From assembly GCA_023213395.1 (NCBI GenBank), contig CM041465.1, forward strand, positions 69,695,741 through 69,759,740: a DNA stretch of 64,000 bases, read 5' to 3'. Source of the stretch: Cycas panzhihuaensis. Taxonomy: Eukaryota > Plantae > Cycadophyta. Below, one piece after another: positions 11,655-23,800 of the stretch. Numbering within the stretch: the first letter of the stretch is position 1; the number at the start of each line of letters is the position of its first letter. The notes under the pieces are model-generated. The model had not been told where the DNA came from, made no database searches, and worked only from the letters and a program-made list of their open reading frames with translations. Both the position numbers and the translations under genes were made by a program.

Positions 11655-14600
11655 TACTGTTTACAATGTTAAGTCGGACACCAAGACCATCTCTGAATTT
11701 TACAAACTTTTCTCTACCAAGAGGCTTGGTAAAGATATTTGCTGTCTGCTCCTCTGTGGAGTGCATCTTTGGAGGTTGATCTCACCATTCTGCACATGCT
11801 CTCTGATGAAGTGATGGTGAACCTCGATGTGTTTGTCCGCGCATGAAAGGCGGATTCTTAGCTAACTTGAGCACACTTGGATTGTCGCAATGTATCTAGG
11901 TGCGGTGTCCCTGCTCAAGTCCCAGTTCCCCAAGAATCCGTCGTGGCAGATAGCCTCACTGGCTGCGGCTGCGACTTTGTACTCTGCTTCGATGGAGGAC
12001 AAGGTAACATTGGGTTGCTTCTTGCAACTCCACAAAACAATCTTGAACCAAGGGAAAAGCGATTATCCAGGGTTGATTTCACTGCTATCTTGGCAACTTG
12101 CCTAATCAGTCACGAGAACCCTTCGGTGAAGTTCTCATTATGTGCATACTCAAGGCCGTGTTGCAATGTGCCTTTGATATACTTAAGTATGCGTTTGGCT
12201 GCATTCCGATGTATCTCGATTGGGTTGAGACATGTAACGTGAGCAAATCCCAACGACCCAATGAAATATCCGGTCAGTGTTGGTGAGATAAATGAGACTC
12301 CCAATCAAGCTACGGTAAAGTGTGGGATCTGTGGCCTTGACTTCCTCATTGAGAGTAAGCTTGGATCCATTCTCCATAGGTGTGGTATTTGTTTTGCAGT
12401 CGTGCATCCTGAACCATTGCAAAATGTCCCAAGAATATTTCGCTTGGGAGATGAAGATATAGCCTAGCTGTTGCCATATCTCAAAGCCCAAAAAATAATG
12501 GAGAAGTCCAAGATCTGTCATCTTGAAACTTCTCTTTAAGTCATCTTGGAGAATATGAATCATCTTAGTGTCACTACCAGTGATCACTAAGTCATCTACA
12601 TACAAGGCAATAAAAATTACACGGTTCTTTTCATTTTTTATATACAGATTAGGATCTAAAGTAGATCGATGAAATCCATCTCTCAAGAAGTAGTCATCGA
12701 TCTTTGAGTACCATGCCCTTGCAGCTTGCTTCAAGCCATATAACGCCTTTTTTAGGCGATATACAAGATGCTCCTTGCCCTGTATTTTGTAACCGGGAGG
12801 TTGCTCCAAATATACCTCCTCCTGAAGATCGCCATTAAGAAAGGCGCTCTTCACGTCCATCTGGTAAACAGGCCATTTGCATTAAGCAACTAAGGCCAAG
12901 AGAAGTCTGATGGTATTCATGTTCGCCACTGGTGCAAAAGTTTTTTCATAATCTATGCCTTCTTTTTGTTTAAATCCTTTTGCAACAAGGCGTGCTTTCT
13001 GCCTTTTAAGTGAACCATCAGAATGGAATTTGGTCTTGTAGACCCATTTGCAATGATCGCTTTGTTTGTGTTTAGGCAATTCAACCAAATTCCAAGTACC
13101 ATTCTTTTCAATAGAATGGAGTTCTTCATCCATGGCGACCTTCCAATTTTCATTTTAGAAGCCTCCTCAAAAGTGGAAGGCTCATCAACACAAAGCACTT
13201 GATAGTAAGTGCATAATTGGTTTGTTGCCGATATTTAGATGGACGTTTTCCTTCAATGATGTGACCGTCCTGAACTGTTTGTGTGCACCATTTGGGTAAC
13301 TTTTGAATGGAAGTTACTTGAACCTCAAGATTTTCTGGTGTAAGTGGTTGGTCAACAGAAGATGAGCTTGGATCAAGTGGAGCAAATTCAGTTGAAGTAG
13401 ACGGTTCAGCTGGTGCAGATGATGAACATGGTGTAGAGGATTGAGAGGAAAGGAAGGCCTCAACAATCTTCTTGCCTTTGTCAATGGGAGGTTGCATGGA
13501 TGCTGTTTGCACCTCCTTGTGATCTTCTTCAGCAAAGATGACATCTCTTGAGAGATGCATTTTCTTCCCTATTGGATCATACAACTTGTAGGCTTTCTTT
13601 GTGAATGGCATAACCTACAAAGATGCATTTTAGACTATGTTTGTCTAATTTCTTCCTTTCTTGATCGGGAATGTGCATATAAGCGGTGCACCCAAAAGTC
13701 CTCAAATGGTGACGGTGAGGCTTTTTGCGGACCATGCCTCCTCGGGTGTCATGTTGGTGGCTAGCATAGTAGGATGCGATTAGCCACATAGGCGGTATGT
13801 GAAATGCTTACACTTGATAGCTTGAGTGAGTCCTTGTGCATGCATCATAACTTTGGCTTTATTGGCCAAAGTTACATTCATCCGTTCGGAGACTCCATTT
13901 TGTTGAGGAGTGTGAGGTATCGTCGGTTGTCTCCGAATGCCGTTATCCTTGCGTATTGGGTGAATTCATTTGATGTAAATTCACCTCCATTGTCTGTCTG
14001 AATGTTTTGATTGAATGGCGGACTCATTTTCCACTTCAAGTTTGAATTCTTTGAACTTGGAAAATGCTTCATTTGTGTTTGATGAAATAGACCCAAACTT
14101 TGTGAGAAAAGTCATCAATGAAGGAGATGTAATACAAAGCTCCTCCAAAAGATGATGTGGACATAGGTCCACACAACCGAATGTACTAGGCTGCGAGAGG
14201 ATGTGATGCACGCCATGCTTTGCCTTTAGCGAAAGGCAAGCGATCTTTGAGTTCCCATAATGCACGCTTCGCAAAGACATTTCGTTCCATAAATCTTAGG
14301 AAGCCCATGTACCATGTTTTTGTTGATCATCTGCATCAAATTGTCTAAGCTCAAATGGCCTAGACGTTGATGCCAAAGTTGCATCTTGGACAAGTAAGGA
14401 GTGACAATGGAACCAGAGTAAGCAGAATCAAGTGTTATATTACTTGCATCCAACTTGTAGAGGCCTTGATCCTCATAGCCAACAGCTACTACTTGGTCTT
14501 CTTTGTCACTAATTATACATTTCCCGTTTTGGAACAATACACTCATCTGTTGCTTGTCCAACTTGCTAACAGATAGTAAAGTTTTGTCCATGAAGGTATT

Positions 14601-15836
14601 AAATAGGCATTGCCATCGGGAAATGTGGAGGAAGGATTTGATGAAGAAGAAAATGGAGTTATTGTGCCAACTCCAGAAATTTTGATAGATTGATTATTTC
14701 CAAAGGTCACTGATTGACCTTTGCCTTCCTTGATGTTGGTGAGGAGCTCTTCACTTCCAGTCATGTGTTGTGAAGCTCCAGAATCAATAATCCAAGTTTC
14801 ATCAACCTTGGATGTCTGATATGCACAGAACAGTTTGTCTTCATCTGCAAACTGATTAAAGTGTCGTTGATTGCCACCTCTGAAACCCCCCCTTTCTCTT
14901 TGACCTCCTCGATAGGCACCTCAATTTGGTCGAGGGGGTTGTTGCTACTGTTGTTGTTGCTGCTGAAACCTTTGTTGGTGCTACTAACGTGGCTGTTGCT
15001 GTCGCTGATTCGGATGACGTGGCTGCTGCTGTTGTTGGTGTAGATCTGCTTGCTTTTTCCAACAATCAGGTGCTATGTGACTAGGTTTGCCACAATAATG
15101 ACATACAACATTGGTCCTTAAAGACCCAATGTTCATGTTGCCAAACTGCTTTGAAAGTGCAGGTTTGGGTTGCTGTTTGGCCTTTGAATTGGCCGTGAAT
15201 GCACCTGATGTAGATGGTTCCTCCTCATTATCCTTAGTGTAGATTTGTTCTTCTTGAAGTAGCAGACTTTCAAATTCGTTGAATGTCATAGTTTTGAGAG
15301 AACCATCTCTTGTAGTAGACGAAATGAAGCCATTGTAGTCTTTCAGTAAGGCTTTGGTGATGGATGTGATCAATTCATCCCTTGTAGTTGGACTTCCAAG
15401 TGTATTCAATTCATTACATACCTCCTTGATGGAGGAAAGAAAAGCGACATGGGCTTGATAAACTTAACGTAATACAATTTTGCCTTAACCATTAAAATGC
15501 GAGCTTGATCTCGCCTTTCATACAATGAGGACAAAGTGTCCCAAGCTTCCTTAGAAGTTTTAGCACCGACAATATTCGATCTACATGCACATCAACAATC
15601 ATGTGAAGGAATGCCAAAGCAATTTCATCTTTGGCTTCCCAAGCGACAAGCAAAGCATCATCGGGTTGCATGAACATTTCCATTGGTAACGGTCTTTGGT
15701 CGAGGTAATCTCCTAGAAACATAACTCCAAAATTGCTCATGATTAGCAAGTTAAAGGTGAGTCTCTTCCATTTTTTATAATTATCTTGTCCTGTTAACCG
15801 AATGGTGCATGCATTTAGCATGTTTATGGCAGCCAT
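11655..15836 (-). pseudogene. C2 gag-PR-INT-RT-RH polyprotein, heavily frameshifted
   Basis: MAAINMLNA..., [45 protein letters not shown]. Confidence 0.93.
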
Positions 15837-16908
15837 GTTTCAGTTTATGAAAGCTTGAAGCTAGCAGATAACTTGGAAACTCAAAGCTTTCGTCGCTTAA
15901 GTTCCACCTTCTAACGAAACCAATAGTCCTGATCTTACTAGAAGATCCAACAACTGAATGGAATGATGAGGGGTAGAGGACTAGGCTATGGAGTTTGTCC
16001 AACTTGATCTTATAGAGGAGATCCAATAGTTGGCTAAGTTAAATCTAGGAGAAGGCAGGTAGGGTTGATCTGCATGGACGTACCATGCCTTCCACAGGAT
16101 TCATGACCCCAATAACACCCTTTTCGAACCTCCTTTCCCTCAAGCAACCTTAATTGTCGTGCACTGACTGTACGGTCGGTTGGTCCCCTAGGGAATGCAC
16201 CAAGCTTAAGATTAATTTAGAGGCAAGGTTTGAACCTTTTTCGGGCCTCTCCATGATTTTAAGTCACTTTTTAGCGATTTTAAAGTGAACTTAGGTTTCT
16301 TTTTGCTTGGAAAATGTTCTTATGAAAATGCTTTGATTAAGCTTTACAATAAGAGTGGCTTCAAGAGGAAGCAATGTAAGTACATGAATATGAACACTTG
16401 TAGTGTTTTTACAATGAGCACTTTAATGAAAATGTAGTACTATGTTGATCCAAGTAAGAAACCAAATGCTTGATTACAATAAGTTTTGCAAAGTACTTTT
16501 TAAAAAAAAAAGAGCTTAAGTACTGAAAGAAGTAATGTAAAACTTGTGATGAAGATACAAGTGGGTTCCTTTTAATGATGAAAAAATGAAGGTAAGAGAA
16601 CCACTTGCATGAAAATGGACATCAAGCACCAAGTGTTGGGACTTTAAATTAGTCCCAACGATCAAAAGAAAAGTGATTTTTATTAAGTACAAAGTGTATT
16701 TGAGCCCTCTTTGAGACTAAGGGTTATTAGGTCACCATGCAAGGTGCCTTAAAAGTGTTTAAAAATTAGTGATAAATATCACTTTTTTGATATGAAAAAC
16801 ACTTGAAATCACTTCTCTTAAAGTCAATTAACACTTGTTCAAAAACCTTGAAAATGCCATAGAAGAGCTCAGATTCAATTCAGTATGTAGCTTGTAAAAC
16901 AAGACTTT

Positions 16909-17385
16909 AAGTATGAAAACAAATTTCTTTAAGTATGAAAACAGCTCTTTAAGTATGAAAACAGCTCTCATAAAGTATGAAAACAGACTCTTTAAGTATG
17001 AAAACAATGTCATAAAGTATGAAAACGACTCTTTAAGTATGAAAACACAAATTGTTTAAGTATGAAAATAGCTCTTTAAATATGAAAACAGCTATCATAA
17101 AGTATGAAAACAGCTCTTTAAGTATGAAAACAAATGTCATAAAGTATGAAAACAACTCTTTAAGTATGAAAACAGCTCTCATAAAGTATGAAAACAAACT
17201 TTTAAGAATGAGAAACAATTGTTATAAAGTATGAAAACAAATTTCTTTTAAGTATGAAAACAGCTCTTTAAGTATGAAAACATTGTCATAAAGTATGAAA
17301 ACAATGTCATAAAGTATGAAAACAACTCTTTAAGTATGAAAACACAGCTATTTAAGTATGAAAACAACTCTTTAAGTATGAAAAC
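16909..17385. repeat. Minisatellite in the C2 leader, 23 copies of AAGTATGAAAAC with 8-11 bp linkers
   Basis: Counted directly; units are 20-23 bp. Confidence 0.95.
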
Positions 17386-17912
17386 CAGCAATTTTTTATG
17401 CTTTTGAGTGGGATTTCAAGGCTGAAAATGCCGAAATTGATCCACAAACTGCAAGAGGATTAATAACTTGAAACAAACTTCATTAAAGAGTTTCGGTGAG
17501 TCGCATAATATGCCAAAGACTGAACTATGAGAAGAAACAGCTCAGAAAATTGCTGTCCACCATGAAAAACGTGAGTACTTTGCTTAAAAACCTTGTAAAA
17601 AATCTGAAAAATAATTTCAGATTTGAGTATGGAAAGCTCCTCCTTTTAAAGTAATCCAGCAAAGCCTTGAACCTACATGCTGCACTCTTGATAAAAGTCT
17701 GAAAAAAAAAATCAGATTTGAAATGTACTTGCTCCAGCCTGCAAACGTAGCTCCAAAAGCTTGAACCTGCAAAAAAAAATCTTCAAAACAAACCTTGGAT
17801 CGCCTTCGGAGTGCGAAGGTCGACACCAAGGGTTTGTAGCTTTCTTCAAATCTCCTTGAGCAGCTGCAAAACAGAACAAAGGGAGCTAGTCTCCTCTTGC
17901 TCTGATACCAAA

Positions 17913-18463
17913 TGTGAAAAGAGGCTAGATGGCCTCAATAGTCCCAAGATCTAGAAACTAGGATCACTCTAGTTCTAGTTGCAGAAATACAAACAAGTAT
18001 AATAATCTCAAGGTAAAGAGAAAGCAAAGAGACAAAACATGAATGGAGGAGCAAGAGAAAATGATACCCAATATGTGGAGTTGGAATTGGTCCAACCTCC
18101 AAAGAATGAACAGTTTGATTAGCAACCGACAAAGATAACAATACTGACTCAACTCTCTTGTGAGACAATGAGGAGAGGTCTCATTATATAGAGTGAAATG
18201 AGACCTAAGGCCTTGGATGTTTGACAAGTGTCAAACATCCAAGATACATGCCTTGCATGTAGGACATGTGTCCTTTTGGGCTCTCATGTGAGCAAAAATG
18301 CATAAGGGTCCATTTGACCCTTTAGTGACAACGTTGTGTCACTAGAAAGAATGTGGGTGTGCACTTTATCACTTAAGTGATAAGTCACCCCTAAAGTAAA
18401 AAGTACACATATTACATTAAAATAAAAGTACATTATCTTAACATGTAAACATAAGGTTTAACA
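17913..18463 (-). repeat. C2 5' LTR
   Basis: TG..CA ends, adjacent to the PBS. Confidence 0.95.
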
Positions 18464-18959
18464 GGAAAGATATACTATCATAAGAAAAATCAAGGGAAAG
18501 TCAAACAAATCAAGAAAAAGGCATCAAAAAATTCAAATATTCTATGTGCGGCTATCAAATACACTATACATACCAAAAAAGGTACATTACCAGGTACACA
18601 AAGTAAGAATAGTGTTAGTAACCACAAATATACTATGCATACCAAAAAAGTACACTATCGGGTACGCATAGAGTAAGGTAACCAAAAGGCAAAAAGAATA
18701 TTATATGTACCTGCAAGCATTCCCACATGGTATGCAAATGACAAACAAGAGGACACAGTCGGAATTTAGAGTCAGTAGCAATCCAGTAAGGAGCAAAATT
18801 CTCAAGGAAAGGAGGAGTATAAATTTAAGACGGAAATTCAAGTAATTTTACAAGAAGCAAGCATCTATTCCTAAAACGGTACACACATAGGGTTCTATAC
18901 TATTATTCTCCTTGTCAATACTTGCATTGCTTCCAGATTTCCCATAGAGTGCCTAGCAT

Positions 18960-19700
18960 GAAGACAGCAGGGTGCTAGGAGAGGTCCTTACCTAAATTGA
19001 AGAAAGGATTTGAGGTATTACTTGCTCCATTTAAAGCCAAAGTGAAATAGGCGAGTTGGGGAGAATATATATACCTAAGCCCTCTCTACTGAGACTAGGA
19101 GTTGATGGAAAATATAATGTTGGAGTTAAAGAAAGATTTGAAGAAAATTAAACTGGATGCAAAGACTATACACATAATCACAGGGCTTCCAAATGAAGGA
19201 GAAGTCCCAATTGCTACAAAAAGGTCAGAGGTGGACAGAGAAACCTAGCTAACAAAATTTTGTCAAGAAAACACTCAGATACTATCAGGAGGGATTTGAG
19301 TAGCAGTAGCAGACATCAAGGATATAAGATTGCAATGGATAGTGAATGTCATAAATACAAGGTTTTTATCCAAAAGAAAATACACATACATTCCAAGAGG
19401 AATGATGCCAGTATTACCAAGGGTTCGCAATTGAATTGGTCTAAATTTTTAGCCGTGAACATGATACAACAAATAGGAGAAATAATGATACATCCATTCA
19501 GACACCCCTCCCTATTATTGGTATTTTGATTTATCAATGTCCAGGAATACGACCTCCTCGATCACCCATCCGCCCATATGAACCCTTGATGAAACAATGG
19601 GTAAATGCATTTCCAGAAAATATTCAAAATACGAAAATCAAAAGACAAGTGAAGAAGAAAATGATGAAGATCTTAAAGTGGCACCTTTTCGGGTACGCTA
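18960..19700 (+). pseudogene. G1 3' extra ORF, plant-mobile-domain/DUF1985-like
   Basis: TIHIITGLPNEGEVPI and KGSQLNWSKFL...FRHPSLLLV..IYQCP, homologous to the G2 extra ORF. Confidence 0.55.
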
Positions 19701-19920
19701 GTAGAAGAAACAGTATGCATGACCAAAGCAGACTTAAAGGTGCCCATATTTGATGATGTTAGCCCAAACAGAGATACGTATAGACATACAAACAGGAAAG
19801 AGACCATTAAAGAGATTTAATCATATGATTAAATGAAAAGGTACATTGGTTACAAAAAGGTGCAGTTATGACTTTGGGTCATAAACTTTCACTCAAAATG
19901 CATCAAAAGGAGGTATTTAA

Positions 19921-20368
19921 TGATACCTTGGGAATCAATCCAGTGGTGAGAGCCAAGTGTTCAATCCATGACATAGTACAAGAGTATAAGTACCAAGGAG
20001 GATAGTACGGATTGATGATTCAACAAATGCATTCCATGATACATTCCGTTTTGGAATATATGTGATAGAATAGTGTGTATATAGCTAGAACGTATACAGG
20101 ATACATTCTAGAACTGAATGTATTAATCATATTGCTTAATAATGTGAAGAGTTACGTGGAACATTGTATATTATGTGTGTCATAATGATTGCATAAGGAA
20201 TATATGTTGATTGGTGTACTTCTATGCTGAATTCATAGTGATGTTGTGACGAATTAAGGATGAATGTGTGATAATGTTGTGTGCATGGAAACCTTAATAG
20301 TAATCAATGGAAATATAACCGTGTTGACTGTATCCTAAGCTAGACTACCAACTAGTGATCCCTTGACA
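19921..20368 (+). repeat. Putative G1 3' LTR
   Basis: Purine tract AAAAGGAGG just upstream, TG..CA ends, TATA-like motif at ~20078. No partner LTR in the window. Confidence 0.35.
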
Positions 20369-20531
20369 AGTGCATTTCTCACAAGTGTAGTGAGAAAACA
20401 CAAGTCAACAACCACCAAGATCACATACAAGGAAGTAACAGATGATCATTCAATGCTAGTTCAGTACCATTCACCAATGTTCGGATATGCAACATGGAAT
20501 AATTTCACCCTCCAACACCCCCCCACCCCCC
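20369..20531 (-). mobile_element. Putative PPT plus partial 3' LTR of the element carrying the gene-fragment mosaic
   Basis: The minus strand reads GGGGGGTGGGGGGG-TGTTGGAGGG, with the LTR-like TG start at 20517. Confidence 0.4.
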
Positions 20532-21619
20532 ACAATGTGTCCATCCTTACTACATATATATCCTTCTGAAATAACTCTTTGTAATAATTTTTCCAACAAT
20601 TCGACTCAACTAATCATTTGTTAACATAATATTCATTGCTTAGTGCATTTGTTACTTACATCCGACACTTCTAACAAAATGTGTCCCAACATCTATCCCC
20701 CCATTCTTTTTGATCTGAGCATTTTGCTTAGGATAGAAGAAAAAAGCTTTTATGGTTGTACAATTGGCACTAGTGAGTCTGAATCTGGAACTGGGTGTGA
20801 GGATCCTTCTTTTGGATTTAGTGTTACTTTTGAGTGTAATGGATCTAATCCTACTTTCCACCGCTATTTGCATTTTTCTTGACTGACCACTTCAATGCAT
20901 TGTAGCATTCGCTCTCGGCATCTTTTCTCCTCTTGTAGCTCTGTGGACAGATCTTTGACATGGTTTTGACTTTGATGTAGATCCTCCTCTGACCTACTAT
21001 TCCTTTGTATATGATTTACAATTCATGCACCTTGGATTCCCTTTTTATCAAAAAACTTTATCTATAGAATTTTGTTCTCATCATCATTCACATTGGAACA
21101 TTGTAAACTGGGCATATGTTTCCCTTTTTCACTATCCAAAAATTGTGGGTTTAGCTTCTGTGTCATTCAAGCTCTTTATATTGCTGTCAATCTTATTAGA
21201 AACTATAGTTTCACCACCCTTCAGTCCTATATTATCCACTGCGGCATTTTCTTCATTGTTGACTCTAATGGGAATTTTTCAAATTTGCCCACCAATCTTT
21301 TTTATTGGGTGAGAATTTCTTCACCATTTACAATGCCAATATCCTGTGAATTAGTCACGAATGATATTTGAATAGCCGCCTTCTCTCATTTTTTGTCATT
21401 CTTAGGGAAACCATGGTGCCCAAAATTTTGCTTTACTTGAAGCAAAGAATATAAGAAAAGATTCATAAAGTGGCAAATTTGGCTCATACCTTGAGTGTAA
21501 ATCGGAGTGTTAAATCCATCTGCATTTCTCCTCTCTTTCTTTACAAATTTGGATGCATCATCATATTGGTTGTAGTCTGGCTTGTACTTCAACTGCAGTT
21601 CTTCAATCTAGTCACACTT

Positions 21620-21812
21620 TGAGATTGGAGCATTGCAACTTGGTTGCAATCGAAATTGCAATTGCAACCTGGTTGCACTTGAGGCTATGCTCGTGACCTA
21701 GTTGCATTTGAGGTTGTGATTGCAACCACTTGTGATTGTGATTGCGACCTACTTACACTTGAGATTGCAATTGCAACCTGGTTACAATTCTGATTGCAAT
21801 CACAACTTAGTC
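21620..21812. repeat. Degenerate ~29-bp minisatellite (GAGATTGCAATTGCAACCTGGTTGCACTT), about 7 units
   Basis: Periodic TTGCAA palindromes are visible. Confidence 0.75.
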
Positions 21813-22241
21813 TTAATATGATTTCCGCTTTGCATTCAACTCAAAAAACAAAGAGACTCTGCTAGAAAATCCATTCAACAAAGGATCCAACAATGTGAGC
21901 TCTTGCAAAAAAAAAACTAATCCCTTTTCAGTAGAATCAATCTTAGTAAGACTTCAATCATGCAGCCATGCTCTGTATGTAGATTCCATTTTGTCAGTGG
22001 AGTCATCTCTAGTCAACACTCTAGCCTAGACAGCAACATTGAGAGCTACCATTTCATCTGACTTGATGGAGTCTTTGCCGGTTTTGCATTGGTCATTCAA
22101 ACCACGATACAATTGCTTTCTATGGTTCGTCTTGCTCTCTTGGATCACGTCTTGGTCGATTATTCTGTTAACAAAATCTTCTTTACCCATATGGATATCT
22201 CTAACAGTAGCTCTTTTCTTCAATCTTGCAGTGCCACAATT

Positions 22242-22405
22242 TGTAACCATATTGTTCCATTACTTTGAATACCAACATTGCCTCCTTGACTTTATCACTA
22301 CCATATCGACTAGGTAAGATTCTTTCAACATGTCCATGATAAAGTTTGACGTAATCCTAAGACCTATCTGGTCCAGGGTGTCATCCACTCCAATTGATGA
22401 AGGGT
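22242..22405 (-). pseudogene. PPR-protein-like fragment
   Basis: VDDTLDQIGLRITSNFIMDML and DKVKEAMLVFKVMEQYGYK. Confidence 0.45.
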
Positions 22406-22552
22406 TGAGAGCATCATTCGTTTCTAGAACAAAAGAAATTCGTAATGGAACGATTATCGGAAGGAGGCGCAGGAGTTAAGGCGATCGTTGAGAGGGCATT
22501 CTACCTACACTCCTCGCCACTCTCTTCTCTGCTATCTTGGCGATGTCGGTCA

Positions 22553-22730
22553 GTGATCCATCCAAAAATTCGTAGAGGCAATTGTGCCTCTTCGCAGCAA
22601 CTCTAAAAGCACATTTGCAAGAACAACTGCATTGTACAATCCATAGTCACAATGACCTCGCCATTCACTTGACGAATATTTCTATCTAGCTTCATTATTT
22701 ACTTCACTTGTGCCTGAGAAAATCGGCATG
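22553..22730 (-). pseudogene. NF-YC/DPB3 histone-fold fragment with an internal deletion
   Basis: RFSQAQVK/KIMKLDRNIRQVNGE...QLFL, then RVAAKRHNCLYEFLDGSL. Confidence 0.65.
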
Positions 22731-23680
22731 CAACCTTGCCATACAGATGCCCATTCTCATCTTGAACTCATGTATCCAGAATTTGTCGCAGGAATACACA
22801 TCCACAACAAGTCACAAGGCCTAATCTATGGAAAAAAAGCATTTTCAGCAAAGCAAGTCTCTGTATCACATGCATTCTCCTCTCGCAACAAGAGACTACC
22901 AAAACTTGAAATGCACGAGTGAAACTCCATTTCAACAAGTTGGATGTGAGTCTTTAAATGACTATAGCCAGCACTGACATTTTGCTATGAACCTAGCGGC
23001 TCACATGGCCCTAGTATTTTTTACAAACCAGAGTTGAAAAACGTCACAAAGTATGATCTGGAGATTATGCCTCTTCTTCCTTGAATTCACCCTGCCAAAG
23101 TTGCATCACTTGATGGTCTAATGCTATTGGATTTGCAATATGTTGGTGATCTCCAAATTGTAGATGTTGTTGAGCCATCGAATAGGAAGTTCTAGTCAAA
23201 TTTTGTGTTGCAACTTCTGGATCTTCTTTTGGCATTTCCGTCAAGGTCAATAATTACTTCCTTGCAAGTGTAGAGTAGGATTCAAATCTCTGCCTTCTCT
23301 TCTTGGGTGGTCTGTAAGAAATCCTTGATGGATGTCAAAATCACGTTATCGGAGACCATATTTTCACTTTGAAGAATTATCAATGGCTGCCACGGCATCC
23401 TGTAGGCTCTTAGCCATAATAGAAAACCCTCTGGGGTAGTCGCAAGACCTCGTTGCCATGGCTCATCCTCATAGCATACAACTTCAAACCCTTCTTAGGC
23501 TGTGAATCATCCTCACTTCTTATTATTTCTTCATTAGGACACTTTAACAAACATTTTGTAACCATATTCTTTTAGGCATTCAAGAACCAGAGTGCCACAA
23601 TAGAATGCTTCATTAGAGCTATATTTGTCTGCCTAGTTAGCTTACCATTCAACTTTGGAAGAACCTTGTCATGATAACAA

Positions 23681-23800
23681 TCCAGCACTTTCGTGGGCAA
23701 CTCCCTAAACCATGCCTTTATCAAACTTGCCAAACAATGAAGATCTATATCATGTGGTTGGTTCCCCACATGCTCCTCTTGATTATTCTCTGCATCAATT
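23681..23800 (-). pseudogene. RopGAP (RhoGAP domain) fragment
   Basis: IDAENNQEEHVGNQ-PHDIDLHCLASLIKAWFRELPTKVLD. Confidence 0.85.

Larger units (their letters stand above)
11100..18463 (-). mobile_element. Ty1/Copia element C2 with a ~2 kb leader
   Basis: Near-identical LTRs 11100-11646 and 17913-18463, PBS (rc TGGTATCAGAGC) 17899-17910, PPT 11647-11655, TSD GGAAA at 11095-11099 and 18464-18468. Confidence 0.97.
1..20368 (+). mobile_element. Ty3/Gypsy LTR retrotransposon G1 (non-chromovirus, Athila/Tat/Phygy-like), degenerate, 5' end outside window, interrupted by C1 and C2
   Basis: Order gag (CCHC knuckles)-PR-RT-RH-INT-extra ORF. The frame rejoins across C1 (EMTKIK|TIEIDVGSKEDPKNIRIG). 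No chromodomain is seen after INT. The right boundary is tentative. Confidence 0.9.

Noticed and set aside
16909-17385. CRISPR-like repeat/spacer appearance, and ORFs 16828-17234
   Set aside because: The repeat is only 12 bp, the linkers are 8-11 bp and recurrent, there are no cas genes, and the context is eukaryotic. The ORFs are by-products of the 42-bp period.
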